From Eledone cirrhosa (Eukaryota), in assembly GCA_964016885.1 (NCBI GenBank), contig OZ024741.1, positions 271,746,001-271,810,000 of the forward strand: 64,000 nucleotides of DNA. Direction: 5' to 3'. Position numbers and translations under genes: made by a program. This document shows, piece after piece, positions 37,820 to 50,565 of this stretch. Under the pieces are notes generated by a model. The model made no database searches. It saw nothing but the letters and a program-made list of their open reading frames with translations, and had not been told where the DNA came from. Each line of letters starts with the position of its first letter. Position 1 is the first letter of the stretch.

Positions 37820-38575
37820 AACCCACTGCAATGAGGGAGTAATTGATAAATTTCTCCTCAGAGTGAACACAAAAAGTTAAGGAATAATGCAACCAGAGGC
37901 ATGTTGCCACAGTAATACTACAACAACAAAATATACAAATAGGTCCAAAGATGAACCTGGACCTAATCGATAGATATTGATCAATAAATACCTGCAATAG
38001 GTTTCTGGGAATTGAAGAGGTACATTCCAAGTTGCATAATGTATAGGCAAATTAGTAATACAGCCAAAGATGGAACGAGTATATCCCTTCATCAACAGGT
38101 TTTACATTCTTTGGGTTCTGAGACAGTCGACTGTAGCAGTAAATTTGGCAGTGAGGTCACGTGGCCTTTCACAAAAAGAGGAAGGTCAGTTGCCCGAGTT
38201 TTGACTGGTACATTCAAAGTGTGAACCAGAGATTTATTCACAGCCTCAAAATAAGCTCTCAACTAGGTTTACAAACAATCAATTAAACAATTGATTATAA
38301 AAGCTAGGAGAAAAAAAAAATAATGAGTATAGTCAAAGTTACAGCCGCACAGTAGCAGATGAAAAATCAATTTATCGGAGGCTGTCACAAAGCACTCAAT
38401 GAGTGAGTAATAGATAAATTTCTCATCAGAGTGAACACAAAAAATTAAGGAATAGTGACACCATGAATAATGTGACCAGAGGCATGTTGCCACAATAATA
38501 CAACATTGATATATACAAACAGGTCAAAAGACAAACCTGGACCTAATCAATAGATATTAATCAATATTTATAAAA
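37820..38575 (+). mobile_element. Probable Penelope-like element relic: about 170-bp diverged direct repeats flanking a decayed GIY-YIG-like C-terminus
   Basis: 37820-37990 resembles 38390-38570. The intervening sequence gives frameshifted PSC..IGQ/K.SN...LHQQV and EP.FIHSLK...LN* fragments. Confidence 0.45.
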
Positions 38576-39146
38576 TTGGCAGTGTGCATAGCTCTGAGGT
38601 CTTTTTGTAAACTGTTTGTGGTCAATAAAGAAAATATTATTATTATTATTATTATTGGCATCAGTCGGTCTTGAAAACACCATGAATCTGCTGCTGAAGA
38701 ATTTTGTTTTAGTTGCCGGTGGCTGTGCAGTGTCTGCTGTGGCTGTACAGGCACACACAGGAGTGGCAGTCCTGTATACAGCAACTGCATTTGAAGATGT
38801 TCTCCTCCAGTGCTACTGTATTGTTCTATTTTTGAACACGCTTTTAATAATAATAATATATATATATATATAATATATATATATAGATAAGTATGCACAC
38901 GTACACACATATATATATATATACACACATATACTGTATATATATATACACACATATATATATATATACACATATATATATACATACACATATATATATA
39001 TACATACACACATATATACATATATAGGTATGGGTTATACCGAACAATAATAATGTTCGATTCATTTATAAACAAACGACCCAATTTGAAGCTGTGCCGT
39101 GCTGGTGACTGATCGTCACCTGTTTATTCAACACTGACTTTGAGGA

Positions 39147-39189
39147 ACAATCAACATGTTTCTGGGTCATTACCCTTCATCAGGACTGT
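39147..39189 (-). ncRNA. Minimal type I hammerhead ribozyme motif within an about 250-bp non-coding element (39030-39270)
   Basis: ACAGUC-CUGAUGA-A-GGGU-AAUG-ACCC-A-GAAA-CAUG-UU-GAUUGU: 6-bp stem I, 4-bp stem II, palindromic stem III, GUU triplet. Confidence 0.75.
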
Positions 39190-40074
39190 ATACCTCTGCC
39201 AATCTGTTGAAAATATATAGTAGCTGAGTAGCTTCATTTGCATACCAAGCGAGTTACGGCTGGCCTTGCCAAATCGGCTGAGTAGCTTCATTTGCATACC
39301 AAGCGAGTTACGGCTGGCCTTGCCAAATACTAAAAATAAAATAAGAATTTTATTTCTCGCTCTAGTACAGCTGATACATCATCATCATCATCATCATCAT
39401 CAACGTTTAACGTCTATCTTCCACGCTAGCATGGGTTTAAATGGGAATTGTCCTACTTGAGGCAAGATTGGTCAGGTGACCATGTCTCGCTCATATAGGG
39501 CTGTCTGTAAGTATGCACACGTACACGTATATATATATACATATATATATACATACACACACACATATGTACGTATGGGTTATATCGAACATTAATAATA
39601 ATGTTCGATTCGTTTGTAAACAAACGGCCCAATTTGAAGCTGTGCCAGTGACTGATCGTCACCTCTAGCTGTGCTAGAGCAAGAAATAAAATTCATGGAG
39701 GCACATGGCTTAGAGCATTGGGCTTGCAATCGAAAGGTTGTGAGTTCAATTCTCAGACCGGGTGATGTGTTGTTTCCTTGAGCAAGACACTTTATTTCAC
39801 ATTGCTCCAGTTTACTGAGAGATAGAAATGAGATGATAGAACTGGGGTCCATACCATTCCACTGTAAAGTGGACGTGTAGGCACCACGGCAAAAAAGCAC
39901 CCAGCACTCACTGTAAATGAGGTTGGTGTTAGGAAGGGCATCCAGCTGTAGAAATCAAGCCAGAATCAGTTCCCATCCCACCCTTGAAAGCAGGGAAAAG
40001 CAGACGTAAAATGATGATGATGATGATGATGATATGTGTGTGTGTGTGTATGTGTGAAGACCTGCCTTCACATG

Positions 40075-40109
<35 letters not shown>

Positions 40110-40189
40110 AAGACCCATCTACCCATGGGTACAGGCTGAAGCATACATATAGTATGCACCACCCTCACAAAAAACCACTCTGGAAGATA

Positions 40190-41060
40190 AAAATTGAGAA
40201 TGAGAATGAAATGATGAGGAGAGAAATATCGATCCTAAATGTGCTGAGAAATGTGTCAAATCAAGAAAAGGAAAGAAAGTGAATAAGAAATACAAAGTAA
40301 CTTCAAACCCTGATATTCCATCAATCAAAGAAACCCTGAAACAGAAAGTACAGCTGAAAACTCAAAGAATCAGATTTGAAAAGCAAAATAGGTTTTACAG
40401 GCAAAATAAGCTGTTTATGTCTGATGTGAAAAGATTTTACAGGGAAATTGGGACACGGACAATTCAAGTAAAGAAACCTCCTTCAATTCATGAAATTGAA
40501 GAATTCTTGAAAACAGTATGGATCCCCTGGCATTGATAAAGTGCTAAACTTCTGGTTATCTTCTCTAAGTGTTACCCATATGTTGTTAAAATTTGAGAAC
40601 GAAATTATGCACAAAAAAACTATCCTGAAAAAACATCTGATTGATTTGCACAGGGTATAACATATCTCTTGCCAAAATCGACAGAAATAAATATTCCAAA
40701 AAATGATCATCCCATCACCTGCCTCCCCATATCATACAAAATTCTCACCTCAATCTTGACTGAGACAACCTACAAATTTATGGATGAAAATCATTTATTC
40801 CCTATTGAGCAGAAAAGTTGTCACCATGGGTCATACGGGTGCAAAGACCAACTTCTCATTAATCATATGATTCTGGAAAACTGTCATAAAAAGTATAGAA
40901 ATCTGAGTGCTGTTTGGATTGACTATAAAAAAGCATTTGACACTATTCCCCACATGGATTTTTAAAACTTTGGATGTTCTTAAAATTTTCACAGTAATAT
41001 CAAACTTCCTGAAATTCAACATATTTGTTTGGAATACAAATGTATCATTGTCACATATGG
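40190..41060 (+). mobile_element. Degraded R4/Dong-like non-LTR retrotransposon RT fragment
   Basis: YRQNKLF, PITCLPISYKILT, EQKSC..GSYGCKDQLLIN, WIDYKKAFDTIPH. A related endonuclease-region remnant (IHTDREIIPNQPD) lies at about 21120-21270. Confidence 0.8.
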
Positions 41061-41139
41061 TGGAATTCAACCCTCATCAAGCAATGGCACAGCCCATTTT
41101 TCCTTCTAGGAGTATACAATTTCTACTCAAGGAAGTAAC

Positions 41140-44100
41140 AACTGTCAAGGTACAAATCTCAAGACTGCTCTCAATGTTGGCAACCTGAAAGGTAAATCAG
41201 GTGAAATTGTGGAGCTGTTAGAGAGGAGAGAAGTGGATATGTGCTGTGTTCAAACAACAGATACAAACTTTACAAGGTAAAAAATAACGATGGGGTTGGT
41301 GGTGTAGGCATTCTACTAGCTGAGAAATGGATAGATAAGGTGATAGAGGTAGTTAGAGTAAATGACAGAATTATCAAGTTGTAGGAAATAGAATGGTGAT
41401 GTAGCGGTTGTCTCCCTTGTTTTGATTGGGATCTAGACGGGAAGTGGAACCCTTTCTGCAACTTCCGGTCAGAGCCCTATAAAACTAACAACGTTAAGCT
41501 TCCTTCCTCTCTCTTTGCCTTTTCGGCACCAGGTCAAGAGTCTTCTCATTTGGCTCTGCCATTAATTTGGCCAACAGGCGCCTGGCCTTAGCCAGGCGCC
41601 CTCTGCCAGCCGCGTTTGCCTGGCAATCAAAACGGTAACTACTAACTTTGTTTCATTCTAACATTTATCTTTGACATGTCAAGTATTCTATCTACCGTTA
41701 ATTAAATATTATATACACAAACATTGTCTCGTTTTGTTACATTCATACAACCAGTAATCTCGCTATATTGGTGACCCTGACGTGATACGAACACGCAGCC
41801 GTTCATCGCTATAAGTGGTCACCCCCAAAAAAAGAAAAAAATAGCACATCTGGTTTTGTGAGTAACATTACGAATACACGGCAAATTTAGCGACAAACTA
41901 TGAAAATACTCAAGGACACGCACACACGCACATGTGGAATTCGCACAGACATACTTTTTCTCTCACGCATCAATTAACTGTCGCATTTCACCAATATATA
42001 TATATATGTTTCTCGTTTCTTACAACGAACACTTTCAAAACAAAAAAAAACATTTCACGATATATATATATGTTTCTCGTTTCTTACAACGAACTCTTTC
42101 AAAACACACACAAAAAAAAAAAAAAGAAATTTGATATTCTTTAAAAAACATTTCAACAGGAACATTTATTTTCGATGAACCATTGCCTTTTGTTCTTCGT
42201 TTTCTTCATCGTTCAAGTTTTTTTTTTTTTTTTTTTTTTTCCCAAAAGTTCACACCTATAATTATGCTGATTGAAGCTTTTCTTTTTCATCATTGTCACT
42301 TTCAAAATTGCACTATCATTTTCTCGCGCGTTAGAAATATTTTTTTTCAACCTTGTATTGGCACGTGTAGGCAGCATAAATTCTCGATTCACTGAGATGT
42401 CTCTTACTCACAGACAGCCGCACGCCATTTATCACCAGGGATTCTTCAGCCTTAAGCTATATTCTTCTATTTGCCGGTTTATAAATTTACAATGTAAATT
42501 TACCGTTGATAACCGCGCATTTATTAAGAATGCTTATTTCTCTGGTCGCTGGCCTCTTGACCCTTCCAGGTCAACGCATTCTCAACATCGACCATCAACT
42601 TCGGCTGCTATTTCTAGCACTTTGCGCAACTCATTTTTTTCTAAAAAAAAATTTTTTTACTGTGAATTTAAACACCGAATACGCTCACTCAGCGAGACAA
42701 CAGCAGCAGCAACAGCAATATAACAGCAACAGCAATACATCAACACAGCTTCACCAAAGCCAGAGAATTTATTTTTGCAGCACTCTTCCTGTGAGAAAAT
42801 CCATTCGGAGGTTGGAAATTTCACGATGTACCACAGAACAGAAACCACCTGCATTCATTCTCTGGAACACACTTTCTTTCCTGCTGTCATGTGATTGCAC
42901 ACCTGTGAACTATATTTTGAACTTTGAGCTCTTCTATTACTTTTACTTTATTACATTGTATCTTTGGGTGATGGATAGATGGATGTCCAGTCGTTCTCTG
43001 GCCAAGAGCGGTTGGTTACCTTGATATCTATCATTGATTTTTCCAGACATTCTTTTGTCGTAATTTCCATGCCTGTTACAACATTCTCGCCAACTTGCTA
43101 CATATTTTCATTTCGATTTTTATACACTAAAATTCTGGCGGGAGGTTATGTAGCGGTTGTCTCCCTTGTTTTGATTGGGATCTAGACGGGAAGTGGAACC
43201 CTTTCTGCAACTTCCGGTCAGAGCCCTATAAAACTAACAACGTTAAGCTTCCTTCCTCTCTCTTTGCCTTTTCGGCACCAGGTCAAGAGTCTTCTCATTT
43301 GGCTCTGCCATTAATTTGGCCAACAGGCGCCTGGCCTTAGCCAGGCGCCCTCTGCCAGCCGCGTTTGCCTGGCAATCAAAACGGTAACTACTAACTTTGT
43401 TTCATTCTAACATCTATCTTTGACATGTCAAGTATTCTATCTACCGTTAATTAAATATTATATACACAAACATTGTCTCGTTTTGTTACATTCATACAAC
43501 CAGTAATCTCGCTATAGTGACAATTACATCTACTTATGCACCACAAGCAGAATTGAGTAAAGAACAAAAGGACAGGTTCCACAAGGAACTTTTACTGACA
43601 ACCTCAGCTACTGATGAGACTTCATCATTCTGACAGGCATCTTTAATGGACATGTTGGACAGTACCGGGATGAATTCAGTGGAGTTCTCAGCAGCTAAAA
43701 AAATGTAGCGGGAGTGAGGCTCCTGGAATTTTGAGGCAACACAAATTTCAGGAAACTGGCCAGCCAAATGATCACATACCAACCAGGCAAACACAAGCCA
43801 AATTGAATTCTTACTTGTAAGACAATACAATAAATGGACTGTAATAAATACTAAGGCCTTCCCTGGGGAAGAATGTGCTGCCCAACACAAGTTGGTTGTT
43901 AGTGACATCAAAATAAATATAAGACAGAACAAGATATGCAGGAAAACAGGGAGTCAAGGAGTTTGGAAGCTAAAGGACCTTTCTATTAAATGTGTGTTTA
44001 GAAAGGCCCTACAGGATGCATTTAAAAAGAAGGGTGGTGAGCTAGATACATATAACGTAGACGACAACTGGAAATTCTTACATGACAACCTTTTATGAAC

Positions 44101-45925
44101 TACCAGGCATCAGGTAGACAAGAGAGAAGCTCAGAGGTAGACAGAAGAAAGAAAGTTTGCCAATGTCTTGAAATATGAGGATCAGAGACTTGAAGTGTTC
44201 TGCATTGCAAGACAGTGTGTCAGTGTAAATCAAGATGTTGTTGGAGAAAAGTGTGTTAGAAATGACGCTGGTGTACTTAGCACCACTGATGCCTGGAAAT
44301 GTTACTATGAGAGGTTGATGAATATAGTGATTGAATGGGAGGAGGAGAGACGACCCCCAACTTACCCAACAGAAGGACCAGCTATTGGGGTTGATAGTTA
44401 TTGAGTCAAAAAAGCAATCAAGGAGATGAAGAATGGTAAAGCTGCAGCAGTGTCAGAGATAGTTGCTGAGATGCTAAAATCATCGGGAGAAGTAGGGGTC
44501 AAACTAGTAACCCATATGGTCAGTCAGGTAATACAGGATGGAGTCATACCCAATAACTGGTGCAGTAGTACAATCATACATTGCTATGAGGGCAAAAATT
44601 ATGTTCTAGAAAAGAGTAACTACAGAGTTATAAAACTAATGGACCAAGTTATAAAAGTAATGGAGAGAGTTATAGCACAGATAATTAAGGAAAGAGTCAA
44701 AATAGATGAGATGCAATTTGGTTTCATGTCTGGGAAAAGTACTACAGCTGCCCTCTTTTTAGTGAGGCAACTCCAAGAGAAGTTCTTAGCCAAAAATAAG
44801 CCACTATATTTAGCTTTTGTTGATCTAGAAAAAGCCTTTGACAGAGTACCTTGATCAATTATCTGATGGCCCTTAAGGAAATTATATGTAAACGAATGGC
44901 TTATGAGAACAGTACAAGCCATGTACAGAGGAGCTGTCAGTAAAGTGTGAGTAGGAAGTGAGTTTAGTGAGGAATTCAAGGTACAGGTAGCAGTTCATCA
45001 AAGTTCAGTTCTAAGCTCACTGCTATTCATCATAATTCTCCAGGCCATAACAGAGGAGTTTAAGACTGGCTGTCCATGGGAATTTCTCTATACAGAAGAC
45101 CAGGTCTTTATAGCTGAATCCATTAAAGAACTAGAGAATAAGTTCTGACTATGAAACAGAATTTGGAATCAAGAGGTCTGAGAATAAACTTAACCAAAAC
45201 TAAAGTGCTAGTAAGTAGGAAAGAAGAAAGGGCTCCGATTCCCTCAGAGAAGTGGCCCTGCTCAATATGTAGAAAAGGAGTAGACATAAACTCTATAAGA
45301 TGTACACAATGTAAATGTTGGATACACAAGAGATGTAGTGGGATAACGGGTAGACTAACAGGAAGGAAAGAATTTGTATGTAAAAGATACACAGGGGTAA
45401 CCGAGAGGAAGAGTGCCAATGATATAAACCTTCTCCAATCACAGGAAGGATCTGTAGTAGTGGTTGATAGCTTTTGCTATCTAGGTGACTTAATTAGCAG
45501 TGGAGGAGGGATAAGATGGAAAAACAGTTTAGGGAACTACTGCCACTGTTGACAACAAAAGGTTTCTACCTACATATAAAAAGATGACAGTATGATGCCT
45601 GTGATGTGCAATACTGCATGGTAGTGAAACATCAACTGTGACAGCAGAAGATATGTGTACCATGAGAGAAATGAAGCAACCATGCTTGTTGAATGTGCAA
45701 TGTAAGTGTCAGAGAAAGTCAGAGCTTGCACAAGTTGAGGGAGAAGCTGGGTTTAAGAAGAATGTGAAGTGAGGTCCAAAAGAGACTTTATTGGTATGGA
45801 TATGTCATGCACATGGATCATGATCTCTGCCCAATGGAAGGAAGCTGCGGTACATGTAGACCAAGGAAAACCTGGGCAGAGATGACCTCAAATCACTGAA
45901 ACTCACACAACGCAGTGAGTAGAGA
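41140..45925 (+). mobile_element. Degraded near-full-length RTE LINE, split by an LTR insertion
   Basis: APE N-terminus before 41399 resumes at 43521 (STYAPQ). RT motifs (MQFGFM.GKSTT, AFVDLEKAFDRVP), a Cys/His finger (WPCSIC..CTQC..WIHKRC) and a C-terminal WYG..M / RPRKTW remnant follow. Confidence 0.9.
41400..43516 (+). mobile_element. Young non-autonomous LTR retrotransposon (368-bp LTRs at 41400-41767 and 43149-43516), probably Gypsy (CsRn1-like) derived
   Basis: LTRs differ at one position by eye. 4-bp TSD GTGA (41396-41399, 43517-43520), termini TGTAGCG...CGCTATA, tRNA-Trp PBS at 41769, purine tract GGCGGGAGG before the 3' LTR. The 1381-bp interior lacks a recognisable pol. Confidence 0.95.
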
Positions 45926-48900
45926 GATCATCATCATCAACGTTTAACGTCCGTGTTCCACGCTTGCATGGGTTTGGACGGGGATAGTCCCACTTGAGGC
46001 AAGAGTGATTGTCTTGCTCGCATAGGACTGTCTGGCAGGTTTTCTACAGTTGGATGCCCTTCCTAACACCAACCACATTTACAGTGTGGGTCTGGGAGGT
46101 TTTTACCGTGTTGCCTACACGGCCACATTACAGCGTGGACTGTGTGTTTTTTTGTCGTGACACCTACACGATCTCATTTGTTTCGGCCTCGATGGCGCGG
46201 CACCAACATAACTTTACATAGAACGGGGTGGTGTGGATGGGGTGGGGGTGGTGGTGGTGGGACGGGGTGTATTTTGTTAGAGATGCCTACTGGCTGGAGT
46301 AGGTTTTACTATATATTTAGGTAAGGCGGGTCTTCTCTGTTACTGAGTACCGCCAAAGGTCTGTGCTGAAAAGGACCCAACCCAACCCCATTCAAGCATG
46401 GAAAAATGGATGTAAAAATGATGATGATGATGTGTGTATATATATATAATTTAAATCAATTGATAACCAAAGAAGGTAATGCATTTGGTAATGAATGGGT
46501 CTCATACCCATTTTTTTCATCACCTATCATCATCATCACTGTTTAATGTCCACTTTTCCATGCTGGCATGGGTTATATATATAAATATATAAACTCTTTT
46601 ACCTGTTCCAGCGATCCGGCTGAGGCCATGCTGGGGCACCACATATTACTTTTTATATTACACTTTTTTATTTTCCACTCTACAGATTATTGCTTTTATT
46701 ATTCATGAAAAAATTAATTAACCAATATTATTGATCTTTGATTACTTCTTGTCACCTAAATGTATGTAGAATATAAAATGTTTTGAAACCCTGCAAACTC
46801 TTTGGTTTTCCTTTAAATACATGCCACTTATTTTCCAATCTTTCTCATCTTACCTCCTGGACCTTATTAATAATCAAAACACATTGAGCTTAACATCATA
46901 TTGTTTAGTCAAAACTCAGTGGATATCTCCATTTATAAATCTTTGTGTACAACTGCTCCTTTTTATTAAGCTGAAGATACTCCTGCCAAGATGTTAACCA
47001 AAGACTGCCAATGTCCCTTAGAACAATCACAGGTGTAGTTATGCAATCATTGGGATATGCTGCTGGCCATGTATAACCTTCCTGTTGTGATGGCAGCAGG
47101 CAATTACATGTGGGGGGGGGGGGGGTATACACACATATATAGGTATAGGTATGTGTGTGTATATTTGTATATTTATATATACATATATATATATATATAC
47201 ATACACACACACACAAGCAGAGAAAAGCGGATGTAAAATGATGATGATGATGACACAAATATATGGCGACACGGCAAAAAGTACCCAGTCTACACTGTAA
47301 AGTGGTTGTGTAGGTGCCACAACAAAAAACACCCAGCCCACACTGTAAAGTGGTTGTGTAGATGTCACAGCAAAAAGCACCCAAACCACACTGTAAATGA
47401 GGTTGACACTAGGAAGGGCATCCAGCTGAAGAAACCAAGCCAAAATCAGTTCGGCAGGAGCAAGTCATGGCCACCTACGTGACATTGTTCACAAGATAAC
47501 TCGTCTAACCAACGCTAGCATGGAAAAATGGACATTAAACGGTGATGATGATGATAGAGGCATGTTGTGTGAGTGCATATGCACAACACACATGATGGAT
47601 CAGCTGATCAATGGCCAATCAGGGACTTAGGCATGCCTCGTGGCAGCCAAATGTGTACATACATACATCAGTAACAAAGTAAATTCAAACAATATCCAAA
47701 TAATTTTGACCATCTCATTTTTTGAATAAAAATACTCTTTTGCTCATAACTTGCATTTCAATGATCCTAAACAAGTATAATTTTAATCATATTTAGTCAA
47801 TAGTTATAATTTAACTTGTATCAATTTTGAGCTCTTAGCGTCTCTTTTTAAATTTCAGAGAATTTAAAAAAAATGAGATAAAAACAAACATTTAAAAAAC
47901 AAAAAAACAAAATAAAGAGAAAGTCAGATTTTTTTCTTTTGTATTTTTTGTTGTTGTTGTTCTCATGTTTGAAGGTTATTTTTATTTAACTAATACAGAT
48001 AGTAGTTAAATAAAATTTTGAAAAAATAATATATTTAAAAAAAAAATAAAATTTAATCCTTTTATTTTTTTTAACAAATCACAAAAATGTGAGTGTTGTG
48101 TGTGAGGTTTTCATTTTTTTTTTTTTTAAGATGCTTGGGATTAATTCTGGTTACCACGGTGATTAATCATGCCCACCATCCCTACCCTCTAACCCCTACC
48201 CATCCACCCACTTTCACCACAAAGATACTTAGTTAATAGTGACCAGTTTTGAAATTATCCATCTATCCCTCCATCAGCCCTGAACTCTTGATAAGAGTTG
48301 TTAAGGGCACCATGGTGATATTGTGATATACAGGCATTTAAATATGGTGGATCCCAACCCCTTTCTAGGTAAGAACAGCAGCTGATTTATTTCAGAAAAA
48401 GAAAGAGAGAGAGAGAGAGAGCAACTGATTGATATCAAGGAAGAATTGACCGGACTGGTACCTTATTTATGTACCTCGAAAAAATTAAAAGCAAAGTTGA
48501 CTTTGCTAGGATTTGAGCGCAGAGCCAGAATAAATATTGTAACACATTCATACCTGACATTCTAACGACTCTCAAAGCAGTCTCACCCCCTCCTTCCAAC
48601 CCACCCACCTCAATTAGTTGCTCATTAATGGCTGCCAGACAATTATCTTTGCTTTCAGGCAGATGAAAGAAAAAAAAGGAAAAAAGGAAACACTGCAGTG
48701 TTTCCATCTCGACTCTTAATATCCACAATACTGTCACTGCCATCACCACCTGGGATAGGATGCAAGTGTGTATCACAGCTAACTTCCACCTGCCCTCACA
48801 CACCAACAAAAACATGGTATCTAGTCTCCCCTGTCCTTCTCCCAAACAAGTAGGTGAACTAAAGGGGGGGGAGGAGAGGACAAAGTCAAAATAATTGTGC

Positions 48901-49373
48901 CAAAACACTCACCCCATCCCCCCAACAAAGACACTAGGGAAGAAAAACTTGCAGAAAAATGTTGAATTTATGACCTGCCTATAAAAGTTGGTATTCCAAG
49001 ACCTTGTTTTATTTATTATTTTTGACTGATTAATTGATTAATTAACCAGTGGGGTTAGATATTAAAATATACACTAGGTGGCTGAGATTCTTTTACTGGT
49101 TTCAGTCATTACACTGCAGCCGTGATGGAACACCACATTATTACAGGGTTTAGTTCTATGATACCAACCAGTTCCAGTATCTTTTTTTTCTTCAAGTCTG
49201 GGACTTATTTTATTGATTTCTTTGCCGAGCTGATAAGTTATGGGATATTACTGCAAACACACACAAACTCCACCTTAAACTAAGTACTTTTTCCTAAATA
49301 TGTGCTTTATATATATGTACAAAATACTATGTGCTCCTCAAACAATATATATCGAGAGAGAGAGAGAGAGAAG

Positions 49374-49433
<60 letters not shown>

Positions 49434-49733
49434 GCTCTATCTCTCTATATATACATATATCTTTTAATTTGAATTGTCGATGCTCTAGGAAAACATAATC
49501 ATCAGACATATTATATACATTATGATACCTTAACTTAGTTTACCTTAACCGTGTGTGTGTGTGCATGTGTGTGTGTATATATATATATATATACACGTGC
49601 ATGCATGCATATATATATACTTCACTTTTGTATTTGTTTTGCAAGATTTATATGAAAACGTGTTGAAACAGATATTGTTATACTTTGGGAGGGTTATTTT
49701 GCCAATAAACACACACCTATTGGTTTTCACTTC

Positions 49734-50014
49734 AATTTATTATAAACTCCCAGTAAGTTTAATAATGAGATGGTTGTTTATTTGTTTATTGTCAAAGCTC
49801 TTATGTCACACATTCTGTGTCCTCCTCAGTGACTAATTCGTTATTTTGTGTCTCTCCTTTGTTCTGTCCTATACCAAGATGGTGTAGGACACAAAATAAC
49901 TACAAAAGTAGTCACTGAGGAGATCACAGAATATGTGACGAAAGAGTTTTGACAATCAACAACAACTAAACAACCATCTGGTTATTAAACTAACAGACAG
50001 AGTTTATAATAAAT
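49734..50014. repeat. Diverged inverted repeat with a degenerate hammerhead motif in each arm
   Basis: Plus arm GUCA-CUGAGGA-GAUCACA-GAAUA-UGUGAC-GAAA-GAGUUU-UGAC (49911-49953), mirrored at about 49787-49833. Confidence 0.7.
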
Positions 50015-50201
50015 TTTACTGAAATCCAACATATATATATATATATAAGTCAAAATCTGAACATATAAGAACAGACACAACAAAATAGACAAACTTTTAT
50101 TTTGTTAGCAATCTACTGCATTATATATGTACACATTATGCATGTGTGTGGGTGAAAGTATATGTATATATATATTCATTTATTAAAGCTAAATAATGAG
50201 A

Positions 50202-50248
50202 CTTGTTACTCTGGAGTTTCACCTGTTATCACAGGGTCATCAGACAAG
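50202..50248 (-). ncRNA. Minimal type I hammerhead ribozyme motif (left arm of inverted repeat 50172-50344)
   Basis: CUUGU-CUGAUGA-C-CCUGU-GAUA-ACAGG-U-GAAA-CUC-CA-GAG-UA-ACAAG: 5-bp stem I, 5-bp stem II, stem III, GUA triplet. A mutated mirror copy lies at 50266-50313(+). Confidence 0.78.
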
Positions 50249-50518
50249 AACATTGAATTTTTGTCTTTGTCTGATGACCATGTGATAAACAGGTGAAACT
50301 CCAGAGCAACCAGACTCACTTTTTTAGCCTTAATAAATGAATATTTAAACACTATTTCAGTATTGCCACATACATATATCCTATAGGAGCCGTTTCTATA
50401 TTAAACTTGATGTTTACACACACTACTAATATAATATATTGAGTACCTTACTAACTTTGGTTTCATTTTCAAATTCTAATTGACATCTTCTAAACCACAT
50501 GTGATCTGTTTACACACA

Positions 50519-50565
<47 letters not shown>

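Noticed and set aside
38310-38435. Minus-strand CTGATGA/CTGAGGA in the 37820/38390 direct repeats as hammerheads
   Set aside because: No correctly placed GAAA and NUH with closing helices could be found.
42271-43024. 150- and 172-aa ORFs inside the LTR element as gag or a captured gene
   Set aside because: Low-complexity and without convincing gag, zinc-knuckle or protease motifs; only a vague QKPP resemblance.
48435-48908. 157-aa minus-strand ORF
   Set aside because: No motif or splice support, and it overlaps a decayed SINE.
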